Part shown: one piece after another, positions 8,995 to 19,015 of the stretch
Layout: each line of letters starts with the position of its first letter
Position numbering within the stretch: the stretch's first letter is position 1
IMG/VR virus record: IMGVR_UViG_3300027819_000018
Span: 1-48,719 of that record
Source of the DNA: a virus
Taxonomy: Duplodnaviria; Caudoviricetes
Length of the DNA: 48,719 bases
Direction: 5' to 3' (one strand)
Made by a program: the position numbers and the translations under genes
The notes under the pieces: generated by a model
What the model was told of the DNA's origin: nothing
The model's input: the letters and a program-made list of their open reading frames with translations, nothing else
Databases searched by the model: none

Positions 8995-9215
8995 TGGGCA
9001 TGACCCAATCCGCCGCAACAAAACGCGCCCGATACGGCCCCGACTACTACCAGCAGTTTGGCCGCAAGGGCGGGACTGCAACCAAAGAGCGGTACGGCGA
9101 GGAATACTACGAGAGGCTAGGCAGCCTTGTATTGGAGATGTACGGCGTCGAGCATTACCGGGAGATGGGGCGACGGAGTGCGGAGAAGAGGAAGGCAAGG
9201 AGAGCAGGAGAATGA
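8991..9215 (+). CDS. KGG-motif (GsiB/Em-like) stress hydrophilin
   Basis: YGPDYYQQFGRKGG..TKERYGEEYYERLG..YGVEHYREMGRR repeats. Confidence 0.75.
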   Translation: MMGMTQSAATKRARYGPDYYQQFGRKGGTATKERYGEEYYERLGSLVLEMYGVEHYREMGRRSAEKRKARRAGE

Positions 9216-9709
9216 CAGAGCTAACAGGCAGGGAGCTTGATGCGGCGGTAGGGCGCAAGGTCATGCAACTCAACATTGTGGCTATGGATTGGCCGTGTGG
9301 AACTGGTCCTGATAGTGGTGATTACACAGCATCACACAGACGAGATGACCCGGCAACTTGGTTTGATGAGCGAGGCCCCGTATATGTCATCGACTCTGAT
9401 GACTGGCCTCCGCGCCCAACCGAGGGAGCAGGGGACGAGTGTGCAATGGTCCTTCCTGTCCCCCATTACAGCACCAACATAGCCGATGCCTGGCAGGTAG
9501 TGATTCGTATAACAGACCGCGATGGAACTTATGGCGATCAGAAATGGTCGTTTGGCCTAGAGTTTTCAAGCATCATTGATTGGCATGCCGACTTCACTCC
9601 TCGTCGCCATCATCCAAAAGCGCGCCAATATGGCAGTTATGTCGGGTCAGGAATCACTGCACCTGAAGCCATCTGCCGAGCCGCCCTAGTTGCCGTGGAG
9701 GCACAATGA
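9212..9709 (+). CDS. Phage ABA-sandwich domain protein
   Basis: GRELDAAV..KVM, VPHYSTNIADAWQVV and TAPEAICRAAL motifs. Confidence 0.75.
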   Translation: MTELTGRELDAAVGRKVMQLNIVAMDWPCGTGPDSGDYTASHRRDDPATWFDERGPVYVIDSDDWPPRPTEGAGDECAMVLPVPHYSTNIADAWQVVIRITDRDGTYGDQKWSFGLEFSSIIDWHADFTPRRHHPKARQYGSYVGSGITAPEAICRAALVAVEAQ

Positions 9710-10113
9710 CACCACCCACCGACCTACCCTGGGTGAGGGAGATAGAGCAGGCAAGGGAGAGGATAGAGCAGCTCGAACGGGAACGCAGTGAATACCGACA
9801 ATTGGCCGGATACAAGCGCAGCAAAACATTCAAGGAAAATTGGGAAGGCGTGATCGAGGAACTGCTTGAAACCGTTGGACGAGCGGGCGCGGCAGAAGAG
9901 CAGGCCAAGGAGTTGGAGGCCAACAACGAGCAGCTACGGGGAGCATTAGTGCCACTGTTGAACTACTACAAGCGTACTCTGAGAGCCGCCAACAAGGATT
10001 TGCGGGGGATAGAGTTCAATCGCTCACTTAGAGAGGATAAGATGTACCAGCAGATAGTGGAGGCACTGAGGCCGATTCACCCCAAGGGGGAAGAAGGAGA
10101 GCAGCTAGAATGA
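9706..10113 (+). CDS. Hypothetical coiled-coil protein
   Basis: ATGA-coupled ORF. Confidence 0.6.
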   Translation: MTPPTDLPWVREIEQARERIEQLERERSEYRQLAGYKRSKTFKENWEGVIEELLETVGRAGAAEEQAKELEANNEQLRGALVPLLNYYKRTLRAANKDLRGIEFNRSLREDKMYQQIVEALRPIHPKGEEGEQLE

Positions 10114-10697
10114 CTGGGTTTGAGTATATCCGGCAATTCTATAGAGTGCCTGCCAAGCGGCTAGGCAGGGTGCGTTATTGGGGTGGCAAAGAACCGCGAG
10201 AGGGCACGATTACAGGGACCAGTGGCCCAGGTTTGACGATACGTCTTGATGGAGAGAAGCACGCGAGGCCTTATCATCCGACGTGGGCATTGGAGTATTT
10301 GGACCCCGAGGCCAGCTTGAGATCAGACACCATCGACCTTCGAGACAAGCTCCAGGCGGCAGAGCAGGAACTAGAGGTCACTCAGACAGAATTTAACAAG
10401 CGTCGTCGGTGGTTGGATGATGCCAATAAACGTGTAGTCGAACTGAATGAACAACGCGCTGATGCTTTGGTGAGAGCAGAGAAGGCCGAAACACAGGTAG
10501 CCAGCCTCATAGAGTCCCTGCTAGATGTGGTCAACCAGTCCTGTCAGGTAGAGTATACCGTTGATCAGTGCATCGTCCACGATTGCGGCACGAGCGCCTA
10601 TGAGGATGCCTGCGAATTGTTGAATGACTTGGGATACGCCAAGCCGGTAGATCAATCTAGGCACAGATGGGAGTTGACATGGCCGAAGAAGGTTTGA
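10110..10697 (+). CDS. Phage hypothetical protein (conserved N-terminal domain + coiled coil)
   Basis: FEYIRQFYRVPAKR.GRV...GTITG...YHPTWALEY phage-type N-terminus. Confidence 0.65.
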   Translation: MTGFEYIRQFYRVPAKRLGRVRYWGGKEPREGTITGTSGPGLTIRLDGEKHARPYHPTWALEYLDPEASLRSDTIDLRDKLQAAEQELEVTQTEFNKRRRWLDDANKRVVELNEQRADALVRAEKAETQVASLIESLLDVVNQSCQVEYTVDQCIVHDCGTSAYEDACELLNDLGYAKPVDQSRHRWELTWPKKV

Positions 10698-11473
10698 GAC
10701 AACAGGTAGCCGACCTCCCCAGGGGAAAGGATGACCTCACCCGCCAACTAGTCGAGATGACGACGGAGAGAAATAAACTTAGGGCAAACTTATTCGGTAC
10801 AGAGTATTGGTATCGGGAGCTTCAAAAGGCTGACCGCACGTGGAAAGACTTACAGCGGGAAGTGGATACCCTCAAAGATGAGCGTCGAGAACTTGTAGTG
10901 GGGCAGAAAGATGCTAGGGATAAGCTAGCCGAGGCACAGGACACTATAGAAATTCTGCGGCACCAGAATACTTGTGCTGCTCGTAGCATACGATATGCAG
11001 AGGAAGACAAAGAGAAAGCGCAGGAACAGCTAGCCCAGTCCGATGCTGAGTGTGAAATCCAGCGCCGGATGACACACGCATTTAGGTTGAGGACACAGGA
11101 AGCCGAGGCTGATGCGGCGGCGATGAGGCTGGCGCTCGAGGGAGCCAACTGGATTATTGGCAAACTAGCACCGCACGAGGCATTAGCAATACAAATTCGG
11201 GGCTACCAGGTAGACCCAATGGATGTGGAACAAGGAGCCAAGTATCGGGCAATGATTGATGATGCCCTCTCCTCCCCCACCGGCCAGGAGTTGGCAGAGA
11301 GGGTCAGGTTGTTGGAGGATGTGGCAGAGAAGGCCCTATCTCTAGCACGTAATCTGCCCGACTGTACGATTGATTGGGCTAGGGCGGGCATCGGCAATAG
11401 TAACGCCAATGTTATCCAGCACTGGCGAGATGAGTTGATGGCAGCCCTGGCCAAGCTGGACAAGAAGGAGTAA
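10679..11473 (+). CDS. Hypothetical coiled-coil protein
   Basis: Long heptad-rich ORF; start 10667 or 10679. Confidence 0.6.
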   Translation: MAEEGLRQQVADLPRGKDDLTRQLVEMTTERNKLRANLFGTEYWYRELQKADRTWKDLQREVDTLKDERRELVVGQKDARDKLAEAQDTIEILRHQNTCAARSIRYAEEDKEKAQEQLAQSDAECEIQRRMTHAFRLRTQEAEADAAAMRLALEGANWIIGKLAPHEALAIQIRGYQVDPMDVEQGAKYRAMIDDALSSPTGQELAERVRLLEDVAEKALSLARNLPDCTIDWARAGIGNSNANVIQHWRDELMAALAKLDKKE

Positions 11474-11476
11474 CGG

Positions 11477-11641
11477 GTGGAAATCTATAAGCAATGCCCC
11501 AAGTGCGGCCATACCAGGGCCATACGCCATTATGAACGCGATGGGTTTGGACAAGAGTCGCTGAAGGTAACCTGCCTCGGATGTAGGTATGTCTCATACG
11601 AGCCGTGCAAGGATGCCAAGATGGACAAGGGGGGAGAATGA
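11477..11641 (+). CDS. 54-aa zinc-ribbon protein
   Basis: GTG after AAGGAG; CPKCG...CLGC. Confidence 0.55.
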   Translation: MEIYKQCPKCGHTRAIRHYERDGFGQESLKVTCLGCRYVSYEPCKDAKMDKGGE

Positions 11642-11904
11642 GTGAGAAGCCACTGACACGAAAGCAACTAAAGAGCATTGCCAATAGAGCAGAGCGCCCT
11701 TATGAGGAATTCGGAGGGCAGATTGTTTCCGAGCTAGTCCGTGACCTCACAGCGGCGAGGGATGCGCTGCAGGTAGTAGCGGAGATTTGTGAACAATCAC
11801 TAGCGGATTTGGAGTCGGATGGTTGGCCTGATACGTGTGAAACAGGGGCGTTTTGGCGAGAGAAGCTAGCCATATTCAAAGCCCAACTACCAGAGGACTG
11901 GTAG
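11638..11904 (+). CDS. Hypothetical protein
   Basis: GGGGAG RBS; ATGA overlap. Confidence 0.6.
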   Translation: MSEKPLTRKQLKSIANRAERPYEEFGGQIVSELVRDLTAARDALQVVAEICEQSLADLESDGWPDTCETGAFWREKLAIFKAQLPEDW

Positions 11905-11925
11905 AGCAAGAGAGAGGATAGAGGG

Positions 11926-12381
11926 ATGACAGGTAAACAAGAACATTGGACAGAGATCGTCAAGAAGGCAGATGCCTACAAATCAATCGGTCAGGAGGAG
12001 GTATATCTCTACGGACAGGACAATGACGACTACCCTTGGGAATTTGTAGTGTCAGTTGAAAGTGGTGGCTCCCATCGGTTCGACATAAATACCGATGTGT
12101 GGTTCAGGGCAGAGCATCCAAGTGGGCTGAAACTACGTTGGAGCTTTGATATTGAGCCGAGTAACGCGAATGGTAAGGGCCACTACGAGATAGACACAGA
12201 TGGGTGTAAGCAGGTGCTCAAGTTGCTGCCTTTGGATGCCCGACAAGCCTTCCAGGATTACCTGACTAACTGTTCACAAAAAGTACATGAAAAGGCCGAG
12301 GAACAGTGGCAATGGGTACAGAGGCAATTCCAAGATGCTGAGACTTTACGGGTACTCGGTGATGCTCGATGGGATGTTTAG
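11926..12381 (+). CDS. Hypothetical protein
   Basis: 151-aa ORF with purine-rich RBS. Confidence 0.65.
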   Translation: MTGKQEHWTEIVKKADAYKSIGQEEVYLYGQDNDDYPWEFVVSVESGGSHRFDINTDVWFRAEHPSGLKLRWSFDIEPSNANGKGHYEIDTDGCKQVLKLLPLDARQAFQDYLTNCSQKVHEKAEEQWQWVQRQFQDAETLRVLGDARWDV

Positions 12382-12459
12382 GTTAGGCCATAACGACCCC
12401 AGCCAGGTGGGGCTTATGAGTATTAGCTGAAGGAAACACAGTTGCCAGTTTTACAAGTA

Positions 12460-12487
12460 GCCCCCTATCGCCTGGCAGGTAGGGGGC
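12460..12487 (+). promoter_or_regulatory. Strong hairpin just upstream of the sugar cluster
   Basis: GCCCCCTATC-N8-GGTAGGGGGC 10-bp stem, no U-tract. Confidence 0.35.
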
Positions 12488-12502
12488 AGAACGTAGCTAG
12501 AG

Positions 12503-13510
12503 GTGGTGAGGATGGCAGAGATGGTTGACTCAATTCTAAACGGCAGCAGCCTTCTAATCACGGGGGGAACGGGCTCATTCGGGAATAAATTCATCGAGAT
12601 GGTATATCGGGACTATCATCCTCGACGCATTATCATTTTTTCGCGCGACGAGCTCAAACAGCACATCATGCGCCAGCGTTGGCCGGATAGTGCCGAGTCT
12701 TCTATCAGATATTTTATCGGCGACGTGCGGGACCATCAAAGACTCAAACGTGCTTTCGAGGGCGTTGATGTGGTCATCCATGCTGCGGCACTCAAACAGG
12801 TGCCCGCTTGCGAATATAATCCCTCCGAGGCAGTGCGGACTAACGTGCTCGGGGCGCTGAACGTCATAGAGGCGGCGCTCGACTGCGGGGTCAAGCAAGT
12901 GCTCGCACTCAGTAGCGATAAGGCGACTTCGCCGTATAACCTCTACGGGGCAACCAAGCTGGTCGCCGAAAAGCTGTTTGTGCAGGCCAACTCCTACCGC
13001 GGTGAACACGGGACCCGCTTCGCCTGTGTCAGATATGGGAATGTGGTCGGCTCGCGGGGTTCAGTCGTGCCGCTATTTCGCGAGCAAGCCAAAGCCGGGC
13101 GAATCACCATCACAGATCCCCGAATGACCCGCTTCTGGATAACGCTACCGCAAGCGGCGCAGTTCGTCGTGTCGTGCCTGACCATTATGCAGGGCGGGGA
13201 AGTATTTATCCCCCGCCTGCCTAGCTGCCGGATCGCTGACTTGGCTGAAGCCGTCGCTCCTGGCTGTGGGGTAGAGCATATCGGCATTCGGCCCGGGGAA
13301 AAATTGGCCGAATCCATGCTATCGGAAGACGAGAGTTTTTCCACGGTGGACCTGGGCGACCGCTATGCCATCCTGCCAACACATCCGTGGTGGAGTAATG
13401 GCAATCACGCGGGAGCAAAGCCGGTGCCTGATGGCTGGTGCTATCGCAGTGACCTAAACGATAGGTGGCTGGACGTGGCCGAGTTGAGGAGAATGATCGA
13501 TGCAGGATAG
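12503..13510 (+). CDS. pseB: UDP-N-acetylglucosamine 4,6-dehydratase (inverting)
   Basis: ITGGTGSFG, FSRDELKQ, HAAALKQVPACEYNP, LYGATKL, VRYGNVVGSRGSV, MTRFWITL, GIRPGEKL; start may be 12512 or 12521. Confidence 0.95.
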   Translation: MVRMAEMVDSILNGSSLLITGGTGSFGNKFIEMVYRDYHPRRIIIFSRDELKQHIMRQRWPDSAESSIRYFIGDVRDHQRLKRAFEGVDVVIHAAALKQVPACEYNPSEAVRTNVLGALNVIEAALDCGVKQVLALSSDKATSPYNLYGATKLVAEKLFVQANSYRGEHGTRFACVRYGNVVGSRGSVVPLFREQAKAGRITITDPRMTRFWITLPQAAQFVVSCLTIMQGGEVFIPRLPSCRIADLAEAVAPGCGVEHIGIRPGEKLAESMLSEDESFSTVDLGDRYAILPTHPWWSNGNHAGAKPVPDGWCYRSDLNDRWLDVAELRRMIDAG

Positions 13511-14144
13511 GGCGTTCTTAGACGGCGAGGCCGATGCTTACCACCAGCGCAATCATCACAAGTACGCGGCGCTGATCGAGAAGGACCCGCCGCTCTCGGT
13601 GCTCTCTGCGGCAGGGATCCGAGCCACAAGGGTACTCGAAATCGGGGCGGCTACAGGTTGGCGGCTGGAAGAGATTCGCCGGCGGTACGGGGCTGAATGC
13701 TGGGGAATCGAGCCATCACGGCAGGCGGCAGAGGAAGGTAAGCGCCTGTACCCCGGTATCACGATCTATCACGGCATACTGGACAATATATACCTCTCGA
13801 CTGCCAGCTTTGATCTAATCGTCCTATCCTTCGTGCTGCACTGGGTGCCACGAGAGAAGCTGCTCGCCACCCTGGCCGAAGTCGACCGGATGCTGGCCGA
13901 TGGGGGGCATCTGATCATCAGCGACTTTTGGGTGCCGGAGCCAACCAAGGTGCCGTACCACCATCAGGAAGGATTGTGGACCTATAAGGCGCGCTATTGC
14001 GAGATGTTTGAGCTTACCGGCCGCTACCTCACGCTTATTGCAACGCTATTCGACGCGGACACATTGCAGACGGGTCACGCGGCCGAATCCAGTCTAGCCA
14101 ATTGCACCATCCTCCAAAAGGGGGACTTCTTCCGATGCGTGTAG
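13500..14144 (+). CDS. Class I SAM-dependent methyltransferase (pseudaminic-acid-cluster type)
   Basis: FLDGEADAYHQRN, VLEIGAATG, GIEPS, FDLIVLSFVLHWV, L.DGGHLIISDF. Confidence 0.85.
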   Translation: MQDRAFLDGEADAYHQRNHHKYAALIEKDPPLSVLSAAGIRATRVLEIGAATGWRLEEIRRRYGAECWGIEPSRQAAEEGKRLYPGITIYHGILDNIYLSTASFDLIVLSFVLHWVPREKLLATLAEVDRMLADGGHLIISDFWVPEPTKVPYHHQEGLWTYKARYCEMFELTGRYLTLIATLFDADTLQTGHAAESSLANCTILQKGDFFRCV

Positions 14145-15067
14145 GTATCCTGGGAATGGGTTCTATCGGCTGTCGACACGCCGCCAACGTCAAGGCGCTG
14201 GGACACGAGGTGATAGCCTATGACTATAGCATCCAGGTACAGGAAGCCATCAAGCGGGATTACGCGATGTGCGTAACACTGCGGGACGTTTGGACTACGA
14301 AGCCGCAGGCCGTCCTCATCTGCACTCTGCCATCGAGTCACCTGGAATTAGCTTATGAAGCATTCAGGCACGGGTGCCACACCTTCATCGAGAAGCCGCT
14401 AGGGTTGTCTTTGGATGGATGGAAGGAACTGGGGCGAGAGTTTGACAGGGCTGAGTTGGTGGACATGGTAGCGTGTAATTGGCGATGGCACGAAGGGTTG
14501 CTACGTCTGAAAAAGGCGCGAGAACTCGGCTTCCCGCATAACCCGCGATCGCTTACTATATGGCACTATTCCTATCTGCCCGGCTGGGTTAAGGGGCGGA
14601 ATTGGCGCGAGCACTACAGCGCATCGAAGGAGCAAGGCGGGGTGCTGTTTGAGGCCGCTTGGCACCTGGTAGACCTCGCAGTCTGGATGTTCGGCAGCGC
14701 TCACGTTGAGGAAGCGTTTTTAGAGCCGTCCACCCCGCTGGGCCTTGACTGCGATGGCTACGCTGGATTGACTTTGCGACACACGGCCAAGCGTAAAACG
14801 ATTATCGAGACAGACTGGCGCTACAAACAGCGTAGTATGGCGGTCATCGTGGAGGGAGAGAGAGCAGAGAAAATAGCCTGGTATCTACGGGATAGCAAAG
14901 ACTATGACGATAACGAGATGTATAAGGCAGAGATAGCGGAGTTTTTGGGATGCTGCTCACTGAGAGTACCGAGCCCTAACCCCATTAACTCGGCGGTCAA
15001 GACATTACAAATATTATTGGAGGCGAAAACGTGGGAACAACAGCAGCTATCATCGCAGCGCGACTAG
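14135..15067 (+). CDS. Gfo/Idh/MocA family oxidoreductase
   Basis: MRVGILGMGSIGCRH Rossmann motif; HTFIEKPL; GGVL....HLVDLA. Confidence 0.9.
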   Translation: MRVGILGMGSIGCRHAANVKALGHEVIAYDYSIQVQEAIKRDYAMCVTLRDVWTTKPQAVLICTLPSSHLELAYEAFRHGCHTFIEKPLGLSLDGWKELGREFDRAELVDMVACNWRWHEGLLRLKKARELGFPHNPRSLTIWHYSYLPGWVKGRNWREHYSASKEQGGVLFEAAWHLVDLAVWMFGSAHVEEAFLEPSTPLGLDCDGYAGLTLRHTAKRKTIIETDWRYKQRSMAVIVEGERAEKIAWYLRDSKDYDDNEMYKAEIAEFLGCCSLRVPSPNPINSAVKTLQILLEAKTWEQQQLSSQRD

Positions 15068-15735
15068 GGAGCAGCAGGCTCCCAAACAAGGCGTTGGCCG
15101 ACATCAACGGCCATCCTATGCTCTGGCACGTCGTCAACCGTGCCCGGCGTATCCCCGGCGTTGACCAGGTCGTCGTGGCGACCTCGTTTAGCGCGGCCGA
15201 CCAGCGGCTCATTAGCTGGTGCCAGCGCGAGGGCATCCCGGTTTACCGTGGCGGGGCTCACGAGAACGACGTGCTCGGCAGGTATTTCGACGTAGCCACG
15301 CAGCTCGGGGCGGATACCATCGTCAGGCTGACGGGGGATTGTCCGTGTTTTATGCCCGAGATCGGCACCGGAGTTCTTAGGGCCCTCATCGAGCAGGACG
15401 CTTCGTATGCATCGAACGTCGAAAACGACCGGTACATTGATGGGTTCGATTGCGAAGCCTTGACCATGGAGCTCTTGGAACAATCACACTATAAGGCGCT
15501 CAAGCCGGCCGAGCGGGAACACGTCACACTATGGGCACGGAAGCACGCCAAGAAGAAGGCCGACTACGTGCCGGATGTAGTTCTTCCCAAGGTTAAGCTA
15601 TCGGTTGACACGCTAGAAGAGCTGGACCTCGTTCGCGCCATGTTCGCGGACCTGGGGGACGACTTCGGGCTAGCCGAGGTGCTGGCGTGGTGTGAGAAGA
15701 GGGAGGCGAAGGATGACGCAGCCAAAGACGCTTGA
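15031..15735 (+). CDS. SpsF/PseF-like cytidylyltransferase (CMP-nonulosonate synthetase-like)
   Basis: IIAARLGSSRLPNKALADING.PML, DVLGRY, IVRLTGDCP, REHVT, LSVDT. Confidence 0.88.
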   Translation: MGTTAAIIAARLGSSRLPNKALADINGHPMLWHVVNRARRIPGVDQVVVATSFSAADQRLISWCQREGIPVYRGGAHENDVLGRYFDVATQLGADTIVRLTGDCPCFMPEIGTGVLRALIEQDASYASNVENDRYIDGFDCEALTMELLEQSHYKALKPAEREHVTLWARKHAKKKADYVPDVVLPKVKLSVDTLEELDLVRAMFADLGDDFGLAEVLAWCEKREAKDDAAKDA

Positions 15736-16978
15736 TCCTCTGCCGACAGCGGCGACATTCTCGAAGTCGCCGCGAATGTGGGGCAAGGACTTCGAGCTGT
15801 CAGACGTTCTCTATGGCGAGGGAGCGCAAATTTGTGGCGGCGATGGCCGTACTTATCTGGATTGGGTTTCCGCACTTGGTGCAAATCTTCTAGGATATGC
15901 TAAAGCAGCGGATGGCTCCCCGCAGTTCCGCTGGCTAAATGAGGTGCAAATAAGGCTGAATGATGGCGTTGCTTTCTCTCTGCCGCACAGATTAGAGCAT
16001 ACCGTCGCCTGCAAGCTCGTGGAATTGCTCGGCTCCCGCGTCCCCGGCTGGACGCCGGAAGGGCTGGGCGTGCGCTGGGGGCTCTCGGGCAGCGATGCCT
16101 GCAATATGGCGATACGCCTAGCACGGGCAGTGACCGGCAGGAAAAGGGTACTCAGTAGTGGTTACCACGGTTATCTTGACGCCTTTGTGTCTGTCACACC
16201 GCCGGCCTGGGGCATAACCCAACCGCAATATGTGGAGGATTTTGACTTCTTCAATCAGGTATCTTTACTCAAGGCGCTGGACGATGGCGAGCCCGTGGCG
16301 GCGGTCATTGTCGAGCACCCGATGCCGGGCCACGACCGAGAATGGTATCGAATAGGCTATGAGGCGCTGCGTAACGCCTGCACATCACACGGGGCGTTGT
16401 TAATTCAAGATGAGGTAGTTACCGGCTTTCGCTGGGCTCCTGCTGGTGCCTGCGAATACTACGGCATAACCCCGGACATCGCCACCTATTCTAAGGCGCT
16501 CGGGAATGGCGTCCCTGTCTCCGCGATGGTGTTCCGCAAAGAGTACGGGGAATGGTTCTTTCGCAACGACCCAGTATTCGTCAGCTCCACCGGCTTCGGT
16601 AATGCCCTATCTCTCGCCGCTGCCGATGCCGTTTTGGACATATGGACCCAGGAATGCGTCGACCACCTCTGGGCTATCGGCAAGGCCCTGATGGATGGCC
16701 TGCGGCAAGCGGGCTACAGTGTGGCGGGTTGCCCGCCGCGCTCGCTCATCCAATTCAGCAGCAACGCCGAGCGGGGATACTTCATTGCCGGCATGCGGGA
16801 TCGGGGCATTCTCATGAACCGACCAAACCTGCCAAACCTGGCACACAGCCAAGCAGACGTGGAGCTCACGGTCAAGGCAGCACGCGAAGTCAAGGCAGAG
16901 ATAGACGCGATGGGGCCGGATGGGGTAGCCGAGAGGATGAAGGGCAAAGAGCCGATGGTGTTGTTTCAAGGGAGGTGA
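15713..16978 (+). CDS. Class III PLP-dependent aminotransferase (GSA-aminomutase-like)
   Basis: YLDW....GANLLGY, SGSDA..MAIRLARAVTGR, GYHG, LIQDEVVTGFR, PDIATYSKALGNG (PLP Lys). Confidence 0.9.
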   Translation: MTQPKTLDPLPTAATFSKSPRMWGKDFELSDVLYGEGAQICGGDGRTYLDWVSALGANLLGYAKAADGSPQFRWLNEVQIRLNDGVAFSLPHRLEHTVACKLVELLGSRVPGWTPEGLGVRWGLSGSDACNMAIRLARAVTGRKRVLSSGYHGYLDAFVSVTPPAWGITQPQYVEDFDFFNQVSLLKALDDGEPVAAVIVEHPMPGHDREWYRIGYEALRNACTSHGALLIQDEVVTGFRWAPAGACEYYGITPDIATYSKALGNGVPVSAMVFRKEYGEWFFRNDPVFVSSTGFGNALSLAAADAVLDIWTQECVDHLWAIGKALMDGLRQAGYSVAGCPPRSLIQFSSNAERGYFIAGMRDRGILMNRPNLPNLAHSQADVELTVKAAREVKAEIDAMGPDGVAERMKGKEPMVLFQGR

Positions 16979-16984
16979 AAAAGA

Positions 16985-17218
16985 GTGAAGGAGATCAAGT
17001 GCACAGCCGAGTCCATTGAAGTGCCAATCGATGATACCCGTTGCATGCTCGTTGTCAGAATAGAAGCGCAATTGACCGAGCAAGAGGCGCGCCTTATTCA
17101 GACAGGATTACAAGACAAGCTCAGTCAGTGGTGGCCGACAAACGAGAAGTTCCTAGTCCTGGTAGTGGATGGGAATGTGCCCATTCAAGTGCAGCTTGAG
17201 AGAATTAGCAGGGAATAA
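16985..17218 (+). CDS. Hypothetical protein
   Basis: GGAGGTG RBS; GTG start. Confidence 0.55.
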   Translation: MKEIKCTAESIEVPIDDTRCMLVVRIEAQLTEQEARLIQTGLQDKLSQWWPTNEKFLVLVVDGNVPIQVQLERISRE

Positions 17219-17231
17219 GGATTCATTTAGG

Positions 17232-17474
17232 ATGGTAGAGCAGATAAGCCTGGGCTTTGAGGCGGTATGGGAGCCATGCGATGTAGAGTTGTGGGCTAAT
17301 TGGCCGTTACCGGCAGGTGGGCTACGCGGCAACGATAAATACACTTGCCCACACGTTCACGAGGATATAGTGCCCCGCGTGGTCGTTGCCTACAACGAAG
17401 GCGGCTACAATTCAGTCGGCATCTGTGCGGATTGCCTGCTTGAGGCATTGCAGAAATTGGAGGTAACATCCTAA
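17232..17474 (+). CDS. Hypothetical protein (CxxC at C-terminus)
   Basis: ORF tiling the array; ICADCL. Confidence 0.5.
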   Translation: MVEQISLGFEAVWEPCDVELWANWPLPAGGLRGNDKYTCPHVHEDIVPRVVVAYNEGGYNSVGICADCLLEALQKLEVTS

Positions 17475-17475
17475 T

Positions 17476-17667
17476 ATGATTGGTTGGTTGGCCCGCCTGA
17501 TATGCCAACATAATTACATCGAAGATTCGACTACTCGATATTGTCATATGCTCGCCCCATTTTCGCATTGGCCGAGCAATATACCCATAGGAGCGCTTGT
17601 TCGCAGATGGTCAACCTGTGCGAAGTGTGGCCGCAGAAAAAAGGAAGAGTGGATTGAGGGGGTATAG
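17476..17667 (+). CDS. Small Cys/His hypothetical protein
   Basis: GGAGGT RBS; LICQHNY...CAKCG. Confidence 0.55.
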   Translation: MIGWLARLICQHNYIEDSTTRYCHMLAPFSHWPSNIPIGALVRRWSTCAKCGRRKKEEWIEGV

Positions 17668-17669
17668 CC

Positions 17670-17948
17670 ATGTGGTTTACCAGGAACGACCTGACCGGCG
17701 CCATAACCGTTGACGAATGGGACAGCGAAACGATGTTCGACTATTATGTCGGACTGCCTGACAAATTTGTGCTCGACCAGGCTGATAACAAGGTACTGCG
17801 GCGCGAAGGCGATGACATCTACTTCGACATAGCTAACGGCTTCGCTCACTATCGGATAACCGAGCATCAGCCGGAGCGCGGATGCTGCAAGGCGGTATTG
17901 GTCACGGGTGGCATAGGCGATGCGCTAGCAGGGAAGGGGATAGCCTGA
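17670..17948 (+). CDS. Hypothetical protein
   Basis: GAGGGGG RBS; TGATG coupling. Confidence 0.55.
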   Translation: MWFTRNDLTGAITVDEWDSETMFDYYVGLPDKFVLDQADNKVLRREGDDIYFDIANGFAHYRITEHQPERGCCKAVLVTGGIGDALAGKGIA

Positions 17949-18214
17949 TGGCCTACCGAGTCCACTACCGCGATCTAGCCAACCATCTAAGCGAGCTAGA
18001 CATAACCGCGACTTGCGCTGATTTGGCGGCCAAACTACGCGCCTACGAGCACACGGACGCGGAATATCGAGAGCGGCTAGCCGAGGCGGTAGAGACGTTG
18101 CCGCCGGGGGCTTGCTGGATAGACGGCCTGGTCGCGTTGTGCGAGGCGCTGAGGGAAGATAACCCGAGGTTCGTGCCGGCGTTGATGATGGAATGGTGTT
18201 TGGAGGATATCTAG
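17948..18214 (+). CDS. Hypothetical protein
   Basis: Coupled ORF; DNPRF motif. Confidence 0.55.
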   Translation: MAYRVHYRDLANHLSELDITATCADLAAKLRAYEHTDAEYRERLAEAVETLPPGACWIDGLVALCEALREDNPRFVPALMMEWCLEDI

Positions 18215-18220
18215 GGAGGG

Positions 18221-19015
18221 ATGATGGACAATAAAGTCTTTTGGGAACAACAGGCCACGCTGGGCTCGGAATCCGGCACGCGAGACCGGATAGCCAAGCA
18301 ATTGGAAATCCAGGCCATAGCCAAACACGTCAAGGACGGGATGCACGTTCTCGACCTCGGCTGCGGCGACGGCGAGACTTTGCTCGAGCTATGCCGGCGC
18401 TACGAGATACAAGTCGTGGGGGCCGATCGCTCGGAGTCGATGATTCGCGCGGCAACACACAACGCCGGGATAGCCACTGCCGAGGGGCTGAAAAGCGGGC
18501 AGCCCAGGTTTTACCGGGGACCGTTCGACGTGCTGGACATTCCGGAACTGTTGGCGAGTGAGCGTTTCGACCTATGTTACACTGAGCGGGTATTGATAAA
18601 CCTAGCGAACTGGGAAGAGCAGGCGCAGGCTATCCGGAATATCGTTAGTCTACTCAAGCCGGGGGGATTAGCGGTATTCTGCGAGTGTAGCCAGGACGGA
18701 TTAGACCGCATCAATGAATTGCGCGTACAGGTAGGACTAAAGTCTATTAGTCCCGCGTGGCATAATCTATACCTCACAGAGGGCCGGATGTGCGACTTAC
18801 TCGCAACCCTCGACGGCTGCTTAGAATGGACCTGGGCGGACTACTTCGCTTCGACCTACGCTTACCATTCACGGGTAGTCAACGCCTATCTTGCCAAGCA
18901 GGAAGGGCGGGATCCGAGCTATGATGCGCCGGTCAACGCGATGGCCTTGAAGCTGCCACCGATGTTTGGGTATATGGGCCAGAACGCCATCTGGACGTGG
19001 AGGAAGGCGGGATGA
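18221..19015 (+). CDS. Class I SAM-dependent methyltransferase
   Basis: VLDLGCGDG, GADRSESMI, FDLCYTERVLINL, LKPGG. Confidence 0.9.
   Translation: MMDNKVFWEQQATLGSESGTRDRIAKQLEIQAIAKHVKDGMHVLDLGCGDGETLLELCRRYEIQVVGADRSESMIRAATHNAGIATAEGLKSGQPRFYRGPFDVLDIPELLASERFDLCYTERVLINLANWEEQAQAIRNIVSLLKPGGLAVFCECSQDGLDRINELRVQVGLKSISPAWHNLYLTEGRMCDLLATLDGCLEWTWADYFASTYAYHSRVVNAYLAKQEGRDPSYDAPVNAMALKLPPMFGYMGQNAIWTWRKAG

Noticed and set aside
9735-9772. GATAGAGCAG repeat
   Set aside because: Coding coiled-coil repeat (EIEQ/RIEQ)
12469-12479. CGCCTGGCAGG shared between hairpins at ~12470 and ~46715
   Set aside because: An 11-bp GC-rich match in unrelated contexts; chance cannot be excluded
15713-16978. 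hemL (tetrapyrrole synthesis) annotation
   Set aside because: Same fold, but it is coupled to the SpsF-like gene inside a sugar cluster with no other hem genes
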